Positions 13,301 through 24,582 of a stretch of DNA of 64,000 nt are shown here, piece by piece. This DNA comes from Botryllus schlosseri (Eukaryota). Under the pieces are notes generated by a model. The model saw only the letters and a program-made list of their open reading frames with translations, was not told the DNA's origin and ran no database searches. Numbering within the stretch: position 1 is the first letter of the stretch; the number at the start of each line of letters is the position of its first letter. The stretch covers positions 7,626,001 to 7,690,000 of the forward strand of contig CM119382.1 of the NCBI GenBank assembly GCA_051294905.1, written 5' to 3'. The translations under genes were made by a program, and so were the position numbers.

Positions 13301-16300
13301 AATTGCCCAATACAAACTACCTGACCCCTCTACTGGTAATGGAGTGGTATTCTCCATCATGCGAGCCCATAATTAAAAACTAAGGTAACATTAAAAGAGA
13401 GATATTCGAAAAAACGTGGGAATTCTAAGCTGAAAACAATGCGATTGTGGTAACGCGCCGCGATCGTATGATAATTCGATTATCGTAAAGCCATTTGTTT
13501 TGTCACGTACCACAGCTGAATACGCAGACATCCTTAATCCAACTCCATTCTAAGCGTCTGGTGTCAAAGGCCGCATAGACCGTCATCAAAAATAATAAAG
13601 ATTGCGTTGAGGTTACTTACATCACATTTTGACTCGTGATATACATATAAACCTATATAGTGTTTAGTGTGCCACATGTATGTATATTCTATTGTATATG
13701 CATGCCCCCCATATGAATGATACATACTCGTATTGGGCGCATTTAAAGTGGATTTCTCGCTTTGAAGCAACACATAATGGTTTCAACGCATCATTTGCGA
13801 TGAAATGACAACAACACGGATTCGCACTCGTTCTTGTTTGTCACGTCGACGATTTCAAAACGAATCTGACGCCACATGCCTAGGTGGTGGGTACCGGTGG
13901 ATTTTGCGATAGAGACCTACCCAGTTGTGAATACATTGATTTCAAGTCGATCAACTTGGCAAACGCAAAACCTACTTCTAACCATAAGTCAGACTTCAAA
14001 AGATATTTTGAATTGGGTTAGAAGATATTGAATCAGCAATAAACAGGCTATGTCTTTATGGAAATCTCTGAATTGAACTTAAAGAACTATTTTCCAGACG
14101 GTTTTCTATAGAGTACGAATTAACTAGTCCGATCCTTCTGATTCTATGAGAAACCAAACTTTATCACTTGGCTTACCACTGTGGGCACACGACGACAAAT
14201 TGTTGAAATCAATTTGAAGACGGGTGAGCAGAGCATTTCTGTACATACCGATTGCTTATTCATTTATTGTTGTATAACTGACAATGTATGTTTACAATAC
14301 TATCATAGAGTACTGTTTGAATTACCAACTACATGAATTGATCAATGTCCCCTGTAGATAGGCCAATATACCAGCTTGGACGAATCATTATATCGTCTGT
14401 GAAGCTATACAGTGATTTGTATAGTAAATTATGCAATGCATACTTAGGGTATTTGGAAAATGCATAAGGGTAGCAGTAATCGGAAAATATCTGCTTATTC
14501 TGCGATATCATTATGGGTGAGAGAGAGTGAATGCGGTATATCAACTTTAGTGCCCTATGAAAATAGAGCGGCTTTGTGTATTTCACCTTGAGAACACCAC
14601 ATATCGTCAGTTTCAGGACTGTATGAAAAGGAAAATCTCACCAGATTAGCACCTATCCCACTGTCACTTTTACTGAGAAAGTTATCAGGTACGCGATCTC
14701 TCGCGAATGCCGCAAATCCTATAATACCACGGAATAGAACATTTACGATTGCTATAATCTTGTAGAATTGAACGATTTCCGTATTGAACGCAACCTGAGT
14801 GTCATTCGCATTCAGCTTCGGAATCTATATAGAAAGTATGTCGCTAATCCATTTGCACGGACAAAAGCAGGCTCTATACGTTGTCGAAACAAACCTGATT
14901 ATGCCGCACTAAGGATGAAAAATTGAATTTGAATTCCTATCGGATATGCAGACATTGATTATTCCGACTTCGCGTGTGTAAGAAAGTAAACGTATAGTCT
15001 AGGTGGGTTTTCCGAGGTGACAATACACGAAATATAGCTGAATATACACTACAAAATGATTTGGAATGATGAGTGATTCGATTCAGTCAAGTCAAGCAAT
15101 AGAGTACCATTTCTTACGACGTCATATCAGGATGTACTATTCGGAATGTTCAAATGTATGTATCTTTTATGTAGCTATCAAGACAATTATGCCAGTTTCA
15201 CAACATCAACAATAATTTTGTGTTTTTTCCCATCTCTTCGTAGTGCATAATGACAATGCTGCGAGTCGATCACTGTACCACAGAAATGTCGTATCAGCGA
15301 TCATGGACACGAAACGTGTGCTACGCGTTTTGTATGTCGTGATATACTACCGATTGGCGTTTCAGGGCTCCCGCAGTATCGAAACGATGTATTTTGTTGA
15401 CAAAATAACTTTTACGGTCAAGCAGCGCATGACTTCGATACTCGACAATGTCGTCAACACTACTCCAACCGAATCATTACAGTTGGTACCCGATTCGGAT
15501 TCGGGTATACTTGAATCGAAGCGCCCAGCCATGCACGACCATAAGAGTAAACAATGACGGCGGAAGAGCTCTTTTTGCTCTGGCAAATTTCGGATGACAT
15601 TTACTTTATGACGACACACTTGGTGAAAAGCAGTCTCGCTAATTAAACATGGCTTGAAGCGCAACGTAGGCAATTCTGATAAAAGATTACAGAATTAGAT
15701 GGTGGTTACAATTAGACAGTATAACACAGCTTTTCAGCACGTCATGGATTTAGCAATAATTTGACAAAGTTACATCCTAATTTCAAAGTAGCATTATCCT
15801 GTAGTCTTGATTTTAATAACCCGGTATATATGCCCGATTAAGGTTGATTTCAGAAAGCTATCCTATAATCGTAACTACGAAAGCAACAATTGTCTAGGCG
15901 TTTACAGGTATAACCTAAAAATGGGTTTACGCTGACAAAAATCAGCGAGTATATCGTTTACAATTCTAGATTCCAGAATCTAAAATATTTGCTCATTGAC
16001 AGCCATATATATTATATTTTACTGTATGGTACCATTGTATACCGTATTCATATTGAAATGAACCCGAGTTTTTCAACATGAAGGTACTATTCAATTGTAT
16101 ATTCGGGTTTATTTCAATATGAATATACTATTCAGTCAATTGTATATTGAAGTTCTGTACCTCCAAGAAGCTCTTGTATGGTATTAGTAATTCTTACGTT
16201 ACATTTCACGGGCACTCTAATCGTGATAGACTATTATGTGGCAGTTTCCATACCATTGTCACACACAAACACAACAGACATATCTATCTGTACCTGATAT

Positions 16301-17105
16301 CATTATATTAGTCAAGCGATACGGAAAACTTTCAGATACTAAAAAAATCAAACAGGGCGAGGTTATGGTTATTGGTTATACTTACGCATCTCCCGCTCAT
16401 ATACGCCACGAACGTGACCGGCGAAGTTACGATAACACTGACGAAATCACAGCACGCCAGCGTCATGATCAAGGTGTAGAAAATGTGATGCTGGAATACC
16501 AAAAGTATGTGTTTTCGAAACGGAAGTTAACGATATATGAAACGAATTGAGTTTGATAGGGCTTGAATTGGAGTAGAAAGGATGAGAAAACTTGCCGGAC
16601 TGGAGATTACAAACATATCCGGTTGAGAAATCCAGCTGATGATGAATAACATATGAATGGGATATCGTGGATAATGCGATGCCTACACCTGAAGCATTCA
16701 TCCACTTCGTAGCCATCGTGGTCACCATATAGGTATATTCGTCATAGTGAAGACACTTTATTTTACATTGTTCTTATCTTCCAATTCAGATCCAAAAAAT
16801 ATGTGTAAGGGCAAGATGATGTAGATCAATTGACGAGCAGTCATTCCATTTGAGCTTACCTTTTTATCAGATCTCTGGTTACTGCGCCAGAGAAAAATGA
16901 TGGCGAATAAGTTTCCTGCCACGCAAATACTGAACGTCGTAAACGGAATAGTCATGTTAACCATCGGATTGCCCTCGTCGTTACGAATCCTGCATTCGTC
17001 GAATGACTTGTTCTGCGATCCATACTCGGTGGCTGTAGGTTCTATGACGTCTGTGTATTGTGACGACACCAACGTGTCTTGCGGCGTCGCTAAGTTATAT
17101 CGCAT
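1227..17105 (-). CDS. PTGER4-like: Prostanoid (prostaglandin E2 EP4-like) receptor, class A GPCR; spliced model join(17105-16860,16490-16386,10645-10508,9318-9157,8132-8035,7189-6955,3013-2891,2150-2026,1338-1227), ~447 aa
   Basis: Exons assembled by hand with GT-AG boundaries and matching phases give 7 TM segments. Prostanoid-family motifs: TM3 SLERF, ECL2 QFPGSWCF, TM7 DLFAVRMASINPIIDPWVY (conserved Arg, DPxxY). Subtype orthology is not established. The last exon and the 7189 acceptor are less certain. Confidence 0.88.
1709..1988. mobile_element. hAT-type MITE (CAGTGGTTCTCAA TIR family)
   Basis: TIRs plus perfect 8-bp TSD ctttagat; a related copy lies at 28513-28821. Confidence 0.85.
2026..2150 (-). 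CDS. PTGER4-like: EP-like receptor exon 8 (helix 8, C-tail)
   Basis: ttgcag|VYILCRRSVFSKAFRFLKLVFLCRFRKEEFQELCLSNRDFR(AG)|gtacaa; 125 nt. Confidence 0.85.
2891..3013 (-). CDS. PTGER4-like: EP-like receptor exon 7 (ECL3, TM7)
   Basis: cattacag|LRIVINQ...WDLFAVRMASINPIIDPW|gtgaga; 123 nt. Confidence 0.92.
5751..6596. mobile_element. Non-autonomous hAT element (TAGGGCAATTTTT TIR, subterminal ttttgacc repeats)
   Basis: TIRs plus perfect 8-bp TSD ctgataac. Confidence 0.88.
6955..7189 (-). CDS. PTGER4-like: EP-like receptor exon 6 (ICL3, TM6)
   Basis: KRMFVSLIMRNR...KISQQEIQMMVLLGLMTSVFVVCYLPLL|gtaagt. The 5' boundary uses a weak AAG acceptor, chosen because it restores frame. Confidence 0.8.
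8035..8132 (-). CDS. PTGER4-like: EP-like receptor exon 5 (TM5)
   Basis: gcgtttag|IFNFLVAFLGITLMLGTIACNIIVVIRVSTTR(CG)|gttcgt; 98 nt, ends in phase 2. Confidence 0.85.
9157..9318 (-). CDS. PTGER4-like: EP-like receptor exon 4 (TM4, ECL2)
   Basis: ctttgcag|RSMTTHKTRMFLTIIIVALLTLSALPLLGFGDVAQQFPGSWCFLNWKSTNIKHQ|gttagc; 162 nt. Confidence 0.92.
10005..10268. mobile_element. Degenerate copy of the CAGAGGTGGTCA hAT family
   Basis: Left end matches the ends of the 25091 and 62322 elements; right end decayed. Related relics at ~1405-1620 and ~40650-41158. Confidence 0.55.
10508..10645 (-). CDS. PTGER4-like: EP-like receptor exon 3 (TM3)
   Basis: ttttacag|LVELGGVSLCRYSGFAMMFFGIGSVAIVFAMSLERFIAIRFTMFYQ|gtaagc; 138 nt. 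Confidence 0.92.
11670..12257. repeat. Imperfect inverted repeat (~190-bp arms, ~210-bp spacer), old foldback MITE
   Basis: 11670-11857 is the diverged reverse complement of 12070-12257; related sequence at ~2400-2520. Confidence 0.75.
16386..16490 (-). CDS. PTGER4-like: EP-like receptor exon 2 (TM2)
   Basis: ttccag|HHIFYTLIMTLACCDFVSVIVTSPVTFVAYMSGRC|gtaagt; 105 nt; too short for the ORF track. Confidence 0.88.
16860..17105 (-). CDS. PTGER4-like: EP-like receptor coding exon 1 (N-terminus, TM1)
   Basis: MRYNL...IPFTTFSICVAGNLFAIIFLWRSNQRSDKK; donor AAG|GTAAGC; 246 nt, phase 0. A pyrimidine-rich CAG acceptor lies 6 nt upstream of the ATG. Confidence 0.8.
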
Positions 17106-18210
17106 TATGACCTGCGGAGAATAGGAGATCTGCATTATGGTGTCCCCGTTAACTGTCGGAGCTAGGTCGAAAATTTATTGTGTATATCCTTCCGTACAAT
17201 CATTCTCTTACTCAAGAAACGTACAAATGTATCAAACGCAAGTGAACAACTGAACAATCACTTATAAAACCATCAATAGACGTACGAATCTTATAAGCCA
17301 ATGTGTTTACAAGCTGTATTACATGGATTATTATTATTTTCACACATTTGCCCAGGAGGGGGGATTATCAGGTTTTATGTTCAATGAATTCCGTAGATCT
17401 ATCAACAGAGCGAAAGCAGGTGTTGCATCGGGACCAAACTCGGCCGGGTAATCTCGAAGGTAAATGTTGCGATCTAACTGGAACGTAATAAATTAGTTTC
17501 GGTACGATATATACGACAATGCTATATATGTTTTTTGCTGTATAAATTTTAGCAACATAGTTATTAGAAGCCAATGTCTTAATGAAACTGTCATGACCAA
17601 GTGAGCAAAAAAACATACGGATTTGAAAACTCGACTAAATGTAGACACCTTAAAATATTACTCGGATCGGGGCCTACGCTACCGTAGGCCCCGCTCGGAT
17701 AGTCGTAAACCAAGCGGATAAAGCGTGATAAATCGACACTCCCTTATAGAATAGAGTACCAGAGAAGAATTTCGGAAAGAATCCTATGGGTGAGTATATG
17801 ACCCGCACGGTAAACTCTATCTGTGCCAGAAAAACGTCCACACTCTGACTTCCCGACCAGGCATTATCATACCAGTGATAATGAAATCACTTACCCGACT
17901 GCAAAGTCTACCTCTACCTATACACAGTATACACCAGAGGTATGCACTAAGCAGTGCATACCGTGCGACCTGCGGCACAGATGCGGCCCACCGAAATCAA
18001 TTATGCGGCCCGCGAAGAAGTGCCAGTTTGGAATTTGGAATAGTTTCTAATTTTGTTTGCTGTGATGCATTTTATATTAGCTCCGATGGGCTAAAAGAAG
18101 GGACAAAAACACCACAATCACTAAAATATGCATATGCCGTCTTTGCGAAAGAATATCGTTATTAAAGTTATTCGATAACCGGAAAAATATTCATGTTTTT
18201 ACATCAATTA

Positions 18211-19765
18211 CACTGGTCAACACAATTTTTGTTGACTTTGGTCAGACAATTGATTTCGACTAACTTTTGGGCGCTGAATTCAAAAATGACTTCCGTTTTT
18301 GTCTATCACGTCACGTTTTTGGGTTAGGCACCCCCACATTGCCTAAAACCCACATAATAGCACTACTTTTAATATTTTGTGTTTATTGTATAAAACTTTT
18401 CAAAAACTAAAACCAGTCGAAAGTAAATCATTAGACTTCAAATAAACATTTGCACTGCTTTATTTCGTTGATTTAAAATCATATTGCTTGTACAGGACAA
18501 ATAAAGTGCTAGTTTCAGGGTTCAAATTTACGCTAATAACCCATAATTCTGTAGGTTGTCTAGTTTGATACTCGAGCAATAGTCAGCTAATATATGTAAG
18601 CTCCAATCTACTCTGGTATCTTATCCCCATCATCTTCAGATGTTGGGGGACATTTTCACCTTGACCATGTCTGACTATGTCAAGGTTTTCATGGAAATTC
18701 TTAAAATATTTTACTTTTTTTTTTGAATGTCTGCCGTCCGACATAAACATATTGCAGTGGCACATGTGTATCAGGGTTGCATGTGCTGTGCATCCTTATT
18801 GTCTGAAAAACAATTCTATGTTTCTGTATTGTTCTCAATGTTTCTGTATTATTCAGGAAGAATAACTGAGTGTGCAATTGTTACTGCACCCAAGACGTTG
18901 GCATTTTGGAGAATGCCACACTTTAGGATCCTTTTTGAGCTACCTATAGCCATTTGCCATTCACTTGAGTTCTAAATCGGGATTCCTAACTCCTCCAGTA
19001 ATCCATGGTGACAGTATCATGCCAATACCAGTGTCACGGCAATACAAAAAGCTACCGAAAGTAGGCCGACGAAGGAAAGGCTGATTCTCCTGATCGAAAG
19101 TGAGATACTTTCTTTACCTTGCCAAGTAATCTTTTTTCACTTCGTGAGGATGTTAAAAGTTCCGAAAATATCTATTTCAAGTCCCAAAGCTTATGTCAGA
19201 TCAATAACTTGTGTTGATGGACTACTCTACATTCTGAATCATCTTCGATTTCAAAATCTACATCATCAGGCCTGCTATCCCTAAGATCTTCATCTTGATC
19301 CAAATTATCGATCATAGGCTATAGCAGTTTAAAGTGACACGGGATAAGCTGAATGGGGTATTGGACCTATAGCTGATAGTAAATGTAATGTTTATTTTTC
19401 TTGCCATATTCTGTAGTTTGCATCAAATATGTGCGTGAAATATCCTCAGATGGTTGCATCCTCTAATCAAAAATGGGAGAAAGCATCGGCCTAGATCGAT
19501 ACTAATACCTTTTTTCTTAATAATTCAATTGATCTCTGGGCTAGGTAACTTATTATATGGTAAAAGTGTGGATTTTTATATGGTATGGAAAAGTAATATG
19601 GCTAAATTCGTGAAAATTTGCATATTTTGGGCATATGTCGTAGAGCAAAAACTTAACGTGATAAAAGAAAACCAGTGGCATTTTGGAATCAGCACGCCAA
19701 AATTAGCCTAAATCAAGTGCAAAATCGAAGTCAACAAATTTTTCGTTCAAAATTGTTGCCCAGTG
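18211..19765 (-). mobile_element. Internally deleted, decayed DNA transposon with CACTG...CAGTG termini (Tc1/mariner-like)
   Basis: TIR cactgg(t/g)caaca; TA on the left flank. Transposase remnants EWQMAIGSSKRILKCGILQN...IAHSV and CNM...FHENL...GE..PQHLKMMGIRYQSR...LADYC. The superfamily assignment is tentative. Confidence 0.72.
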
Positions 19766-22088
19766 TTATTCACGATTGTTATGTGTATCCCGATATTCAA
19801 GTTGACCTATAAGTCCCGCCATCATGGTTACTGATTCTGAACGAGATAGGTGTCGAAACGATAAAGAAACAATATGTGCAGCCCGCGGTTTAACTGCGAT
19901 ATTTATACCATCTCAAAGGGATCGATTCGATGATCTGCAGTTACGAATGACCCGGACTAATTCAGTTCAGTACATACTTAAGCATCAACATTATATCCGC
20001 CTTTGACATGAAATCAGCATCGAAGAATAGATATGTCTACGCTCAGGACTACGAGTACAAAGCTGGCACACAGATTCACCTAAAATCCTTACACTATCGA
20101 CACGAGCTATATATAGTGATGAGCCTTCAACGACCACCAATTCATCGAAGTAAAATCGGCTGCATGGTCTCGGTGGATATACCACATGAACACTTATACC
20201 AATGCATCACTCGGCTAGCAACGAACAGTCAGTTATTGCAGATGTTCGATCATTTATCATCATCTCAATAAAATAAATTTTATCGTGTGCGTACTTAGAA
20301 TAACAGAATATATCGCACAGATGGCCTTTAATACACAATACCATATCGATTCTTTCCCACTCGATTCCGAAGTCTTTTTTGTATGAGAAATGCTGCTCCA
20401 GTCTGCCATTCACTCAATATAAGGTCGTAGGTACCAGGACACTGAATCATCCGTGGTCATATGTAAATATATATGGCAGATAACAGTGACAAAGATATGT
20501 CTTACAAAGCCCCGTACGAATTCCTCACAGAATAATCAAACACGACCCTCTCAATTCAATGAGTTTAGGTTTTCGCAATCAAAACAATGGATGAAAAATA
20601 TTGGTTATTTCGGTTATTTTCAGGAGGATATATTTCAACTCTTCCTCAAATATATTTGCCAATGGTCGTTATCAGCGACTAGCTCCATGTCATAAGGTAG
20701 TCTGACTCATTAGTTTAGTATCCATTTCGATCGTTAGTCAAATACCAAAGAATAATGGCATTGATAGACTTACTTTATTTGAAAAAAAACTACCGTCATA
20801 TCGTCAATATGATTCATAAAATATCGACAAATGCAGCAAAAAGAAGACATTGATGAACCCCTCGGCTCTATGTTATTATACTGTAACACCATGAGCTACA
20901 TATTTGTTAGAAACCATCTTATTTCTTGTCAGTGTGTATCGCTTCCGATTTATTCCTTACAAAAGAATCGACCTCTCAAAGTCAATGATTAGACCACAAA
21001 CACGAACACAGCTCTAAGTCTAAGTAATATTGAGGGAATTCATCAGTCACCGAACATTATCCAATTTTAAACACCACCTCGCCTAGAATGAAGTCAGACA
21101 CACGACCCTTTTCTTATTGCATTCCATTTTTGATGTCATAGTTAAAAGTCACCGATGATATACCAGAAACCTGGTCGAGACTGAATCTTGCTGATAGCAG
21201 AACTACATGCACGAGCCTTGACTGTATACCAGATCTTCACTTGGAATAGATTATCGCAACTTCTCTGGCGAAATTAGCTAAGCGTTCGTAGCATTAAACT
21301 GAAAAACTTCTCAAATCCTAACTTGGTCTACATGTTTTGTGTGTATGACTATCCGTAATTATTAAATTGAGCGGAGACCAAAGGTTGACTTACACCCATA
21401 ATCAGGAATACTGTGCTTCAGCTACACAAAACTCGAATTTTCCTAGCGGCAGTTTGCATCTACTACAACTTCATAACACGAATGGCCGGAAGCTTACGGA
21501 TTCTAAATATGAGGCGCAGAATCGCCGGCGCTGTACTACGCGCTACCTGATTCGAAACAGTTTGTCACTCAAGGCGGATTTCCCCGCGCTACTTCAGGCC
21601 TTCGACACGGCGTTTTTTCAATTGCTGCCCGGCCATCGAGTGTCGTGTCTCGCCGGTAGACATTACGTATAGTCGTATACTATAGCAAGTGATAGCAATG
21701 TGCGAATTTACTGTGAACACGACCCCGATCGCTTCATACAAAACATGCACGCGTTTTTAATGTTTATTGCTAGTTATGTGCTGATGTACGGATGGTATTG
21801 TGACGCGTTGCATCGTTCTGGATTGAGGCCTAACGCAGCTACACTAGACTGATATGTAGTGAGCTCTCTCGCATGCAATCGATACAGTTTCGTAGACATC
21901 GATGTAAAATTCAATCATAGTGCCTATCAAGTTTGACCTGTTGAGTGTGGGTGCACCAGAGTTCCAAGTGTAACTTGGCAAATCAGACTCTGCTCACGTG
22001 AAGGGAACTTTATAACCAAGGGAACATTTACCGACAGTGAGACAGTTCGTTCGACTTGGTAAATATTTAAAATGAAACTGCACAATAC

Positions 22089-23083
22089 TATAGGGTTACT
22101 ATATTTTGGAATCGGGAAAGGAGGACACTTTTGCGAAATCAGAAAAGTCGATTTTGCTATTTTTGCTAAAAAAAATTGTTGAGTTGACTAAAAAAAGGCC
22201 ATCGCTGTTACTCGACTCCCGATTTATCAATTTTTACTTGGATTTTGTAGAAAAAAGGTCGTCACTGTCATTCGACTCCCGAATGACCCGCTCGAACGTC
22301 CGTAGTCCCCGTCATATATGCTGAATTAGGGTTGTTCAAAAATAACTTTTTTTCCCCGATTCAAGCCGGTCACCTCTTAAATCGTCAGGTTGCAGTAGAA
22401 AACCTTGCTCACCAAATTTCACTCGATTCCAACCAGTAATGGCCTCCGCAGATCCAATTAAAATTTTTAATTTATTATGGAAAATTAAAAAAAAAATTTT
22501 CCAAATTTTTCTGCCAATCCCATGAAATTGTTGAGCTGTCTTCAAAGACGTTGCAAAACAAATTTGAGTCAATTCCGACCAGTAGAAGCGGAGTTATGTG
22601 AGTTTTTCGATGATATTCCCCGGATTATCCTTGATCGGTGGATAATCCGCGATTTGTCAACGAAAAACTCACATAACTCCGCTTCTACTGGTCGGAATTG
22701 ACTCAAATTTGTTTTGCAACGTCTTTGAAGACAGCTCCACAATTTCATGGGGTTGGCAGAAAAATTTGGAAAATTTTTTTTTTAATTTTCCATAATAAAT
22801 TAAAAATTTTAATTGGATCTGCGGAGGCCATTACTGGTTGGAATCGAGTGAAATTTGGTGAGCAAGGTTTTCTACTGCAACCTGACGATTTAAGAGGTGA
22901 CCGGCTTGAATCGGGGAAAAAAAGTAATTTTTGAACAGCCCTAAGCTGATTGTCAGTTGAACCTGTCGATTATCGCATCTGTAAAAGCTGTAAAGGAGGA
23001 CGAGTTTCCAAAAAGGAGGATATTTAGTCGTCCTCGGAGGACCTTTTCAAAACTCTGAAAAGGGAGGACGTATGGCAACAGTA
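22089..23083. mobile_element. Probable outer non-autonomous hAT element hosting the foldback
   Basis: Degenerate TIR (tagggttactata / tactgttgccata); flanks cacaatac and cacaataa (7/8). Confidence 0.45.
22327..22943. mobile_element. 617-bp foldback element: two 304-bp inverted arms and a 9-nt loop
   Basis: 22327-22630 vs 22640-22943, about 9 mismatches by my count; TAGGG termini; degenerate 8-bp TSD tgctgaat/agctgatt. This explains the mirror ORFs at 22336(-) and 22698(+). Confidence 0.92.
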
Positions 23084-24582
23084 CACAATAATAAAGCGAG
23101 TACGGTAGTGTACAGTACATCCCGCGAATTCATTCAATTCAATCCCCTGGCCTCTGTCCACTCTCCACGTCCAGTCGCCTTTACTGATATAAGTCAGTAG
23201 GAACATAAATACCAGACCTGAGGAGTCTATCATACGCTGTCGGGGTGTTCCGGAAGATGAGTCTAATGTCTGCACAGTGCACAGTGAATGACACGGGCCC
23301 AAGAAGTAAGTCCGCATAAACGCCTAAAGATATAAGACATTTGCGCACAATTCGTAAAACAATGCGCCAAGCGCCAAACAAGCTATTTTATGTTCCGGCG
23401 TTCTAGTCTGACTTGTTGGAAGACGATAACTCAACACCTTTTCCGTTAATAATGAACGGAATACCTAAAGTAATATATTTTGATACAAAACCGCTCTAGT
23501 TTTGATTTGGAATTCTCCGAATTGGACTCATGACATTCAACGTGGGCCTCCGAAGATTAGCCTACTAGACTCGATCATTCAGCGGCTATAGTCCCGCTGT
23601 GAAGCCTTCTTCCATAACTATATTGCCGTCTACATATCCGAGATGATGATGCATAAAGGTGATGCATGGGGAGAGTATACTCTCATAATGTTATGATTCC
23701 GAATTGAGATCATGGTGACAACAATAACACATTCTCTCCGAGACGGGTATCATAGCCTTTGAATGGAAAGCTTCCATGGTCGAACAACATCGAATTTTCC
23801 AATTCAAACAACAACACGATAATGCATTGCCTGCCATATTTATTCTGTCAACAAAATTTCGCTGAAAGCGCCAACTTTCAATTGAATAGACCAGGGGTGC
23901 CAAACATACAGCAAGCGGGGCGCATCTGGCCCACGAGACGATTAAATCAGGCCCGCGAAGCAATTCTGAAGAAATGCAAATTTACTCGAATTATCCAGCA
24001 CATTTCTAACGAAAGTTGAGATTAATTTGACGTAAATAATCCCTCAAGACAGTACATGTCGGACATGTTCATAGTCCTAATTATAACCATCGGACGGCAC
24101 AGCAGTGTTGAGTTTTTACGCCACATATCGGCAAGGCGAAAAATAGCACACCTAATTCTGAATAATTGGAACAATCGGCCAAAACATTGTTATTCGCAGA
24201 GGCGAAAACGCCAATGCGAAACCGTTTGTGTGTGGTACATGAATATTCTTATATAGTTACATGTAGAATACAATTCAAATATATCTTTGGTCACACCGTT
24301 GTAGAGCTTCTCCTTGTCAAAATCACCCCATACCCGGCCCCAGGATTATTTGAAAAAATGAATCATAATCCATCGTCCGCGTTCACAGCTAAATATATTT
24401 TATTTCTCACGAGTACGAGAGGCCAAGGCTGCATCAAGACTATAAAACAAGGGTAGTATCATAGAAATATGCCTACGTTCATTGTTGTTGAAACTAGTGT
24501 TTTAGTGGTTTATAACTGAATTAATTAGGCCCATCATCGCATTTCTGCCAATTTCGTTGTTTGCGAATAACGTTGTTTCTAA

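Noticed and set aside
14617-15557. Possible nested plus-strand gene in receptor intron 2 (candidate exons ~14617-14688 and ~15366-15557)
   Set aside because: Splice-like sites exist, but the phases do not join into a coherent ORF and I recognise no domain. RNA-seq would be needed.
21420-21680. GC-rich island as the receptor's first non-coding exon or promoter
   Set aside because: Plausible (minus-strand donor cag|gtagcg near 21546), but nothing in the sequence ties it to the gene without transcript data.
22336-22934. Two near-identical 78-aa ORFs on opposite strands
   Set aside because: They are mirror images produced by the palindrome, start at non-ATG codons and have no recognisable domain.
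23200-23880. Possible plus-strand exons (MSLMSAQCTVNDTGPR|gtaagt; TGIIAFEWK...)
   Set aside because: Short, with no recognisable homology and no continuing exon chain.
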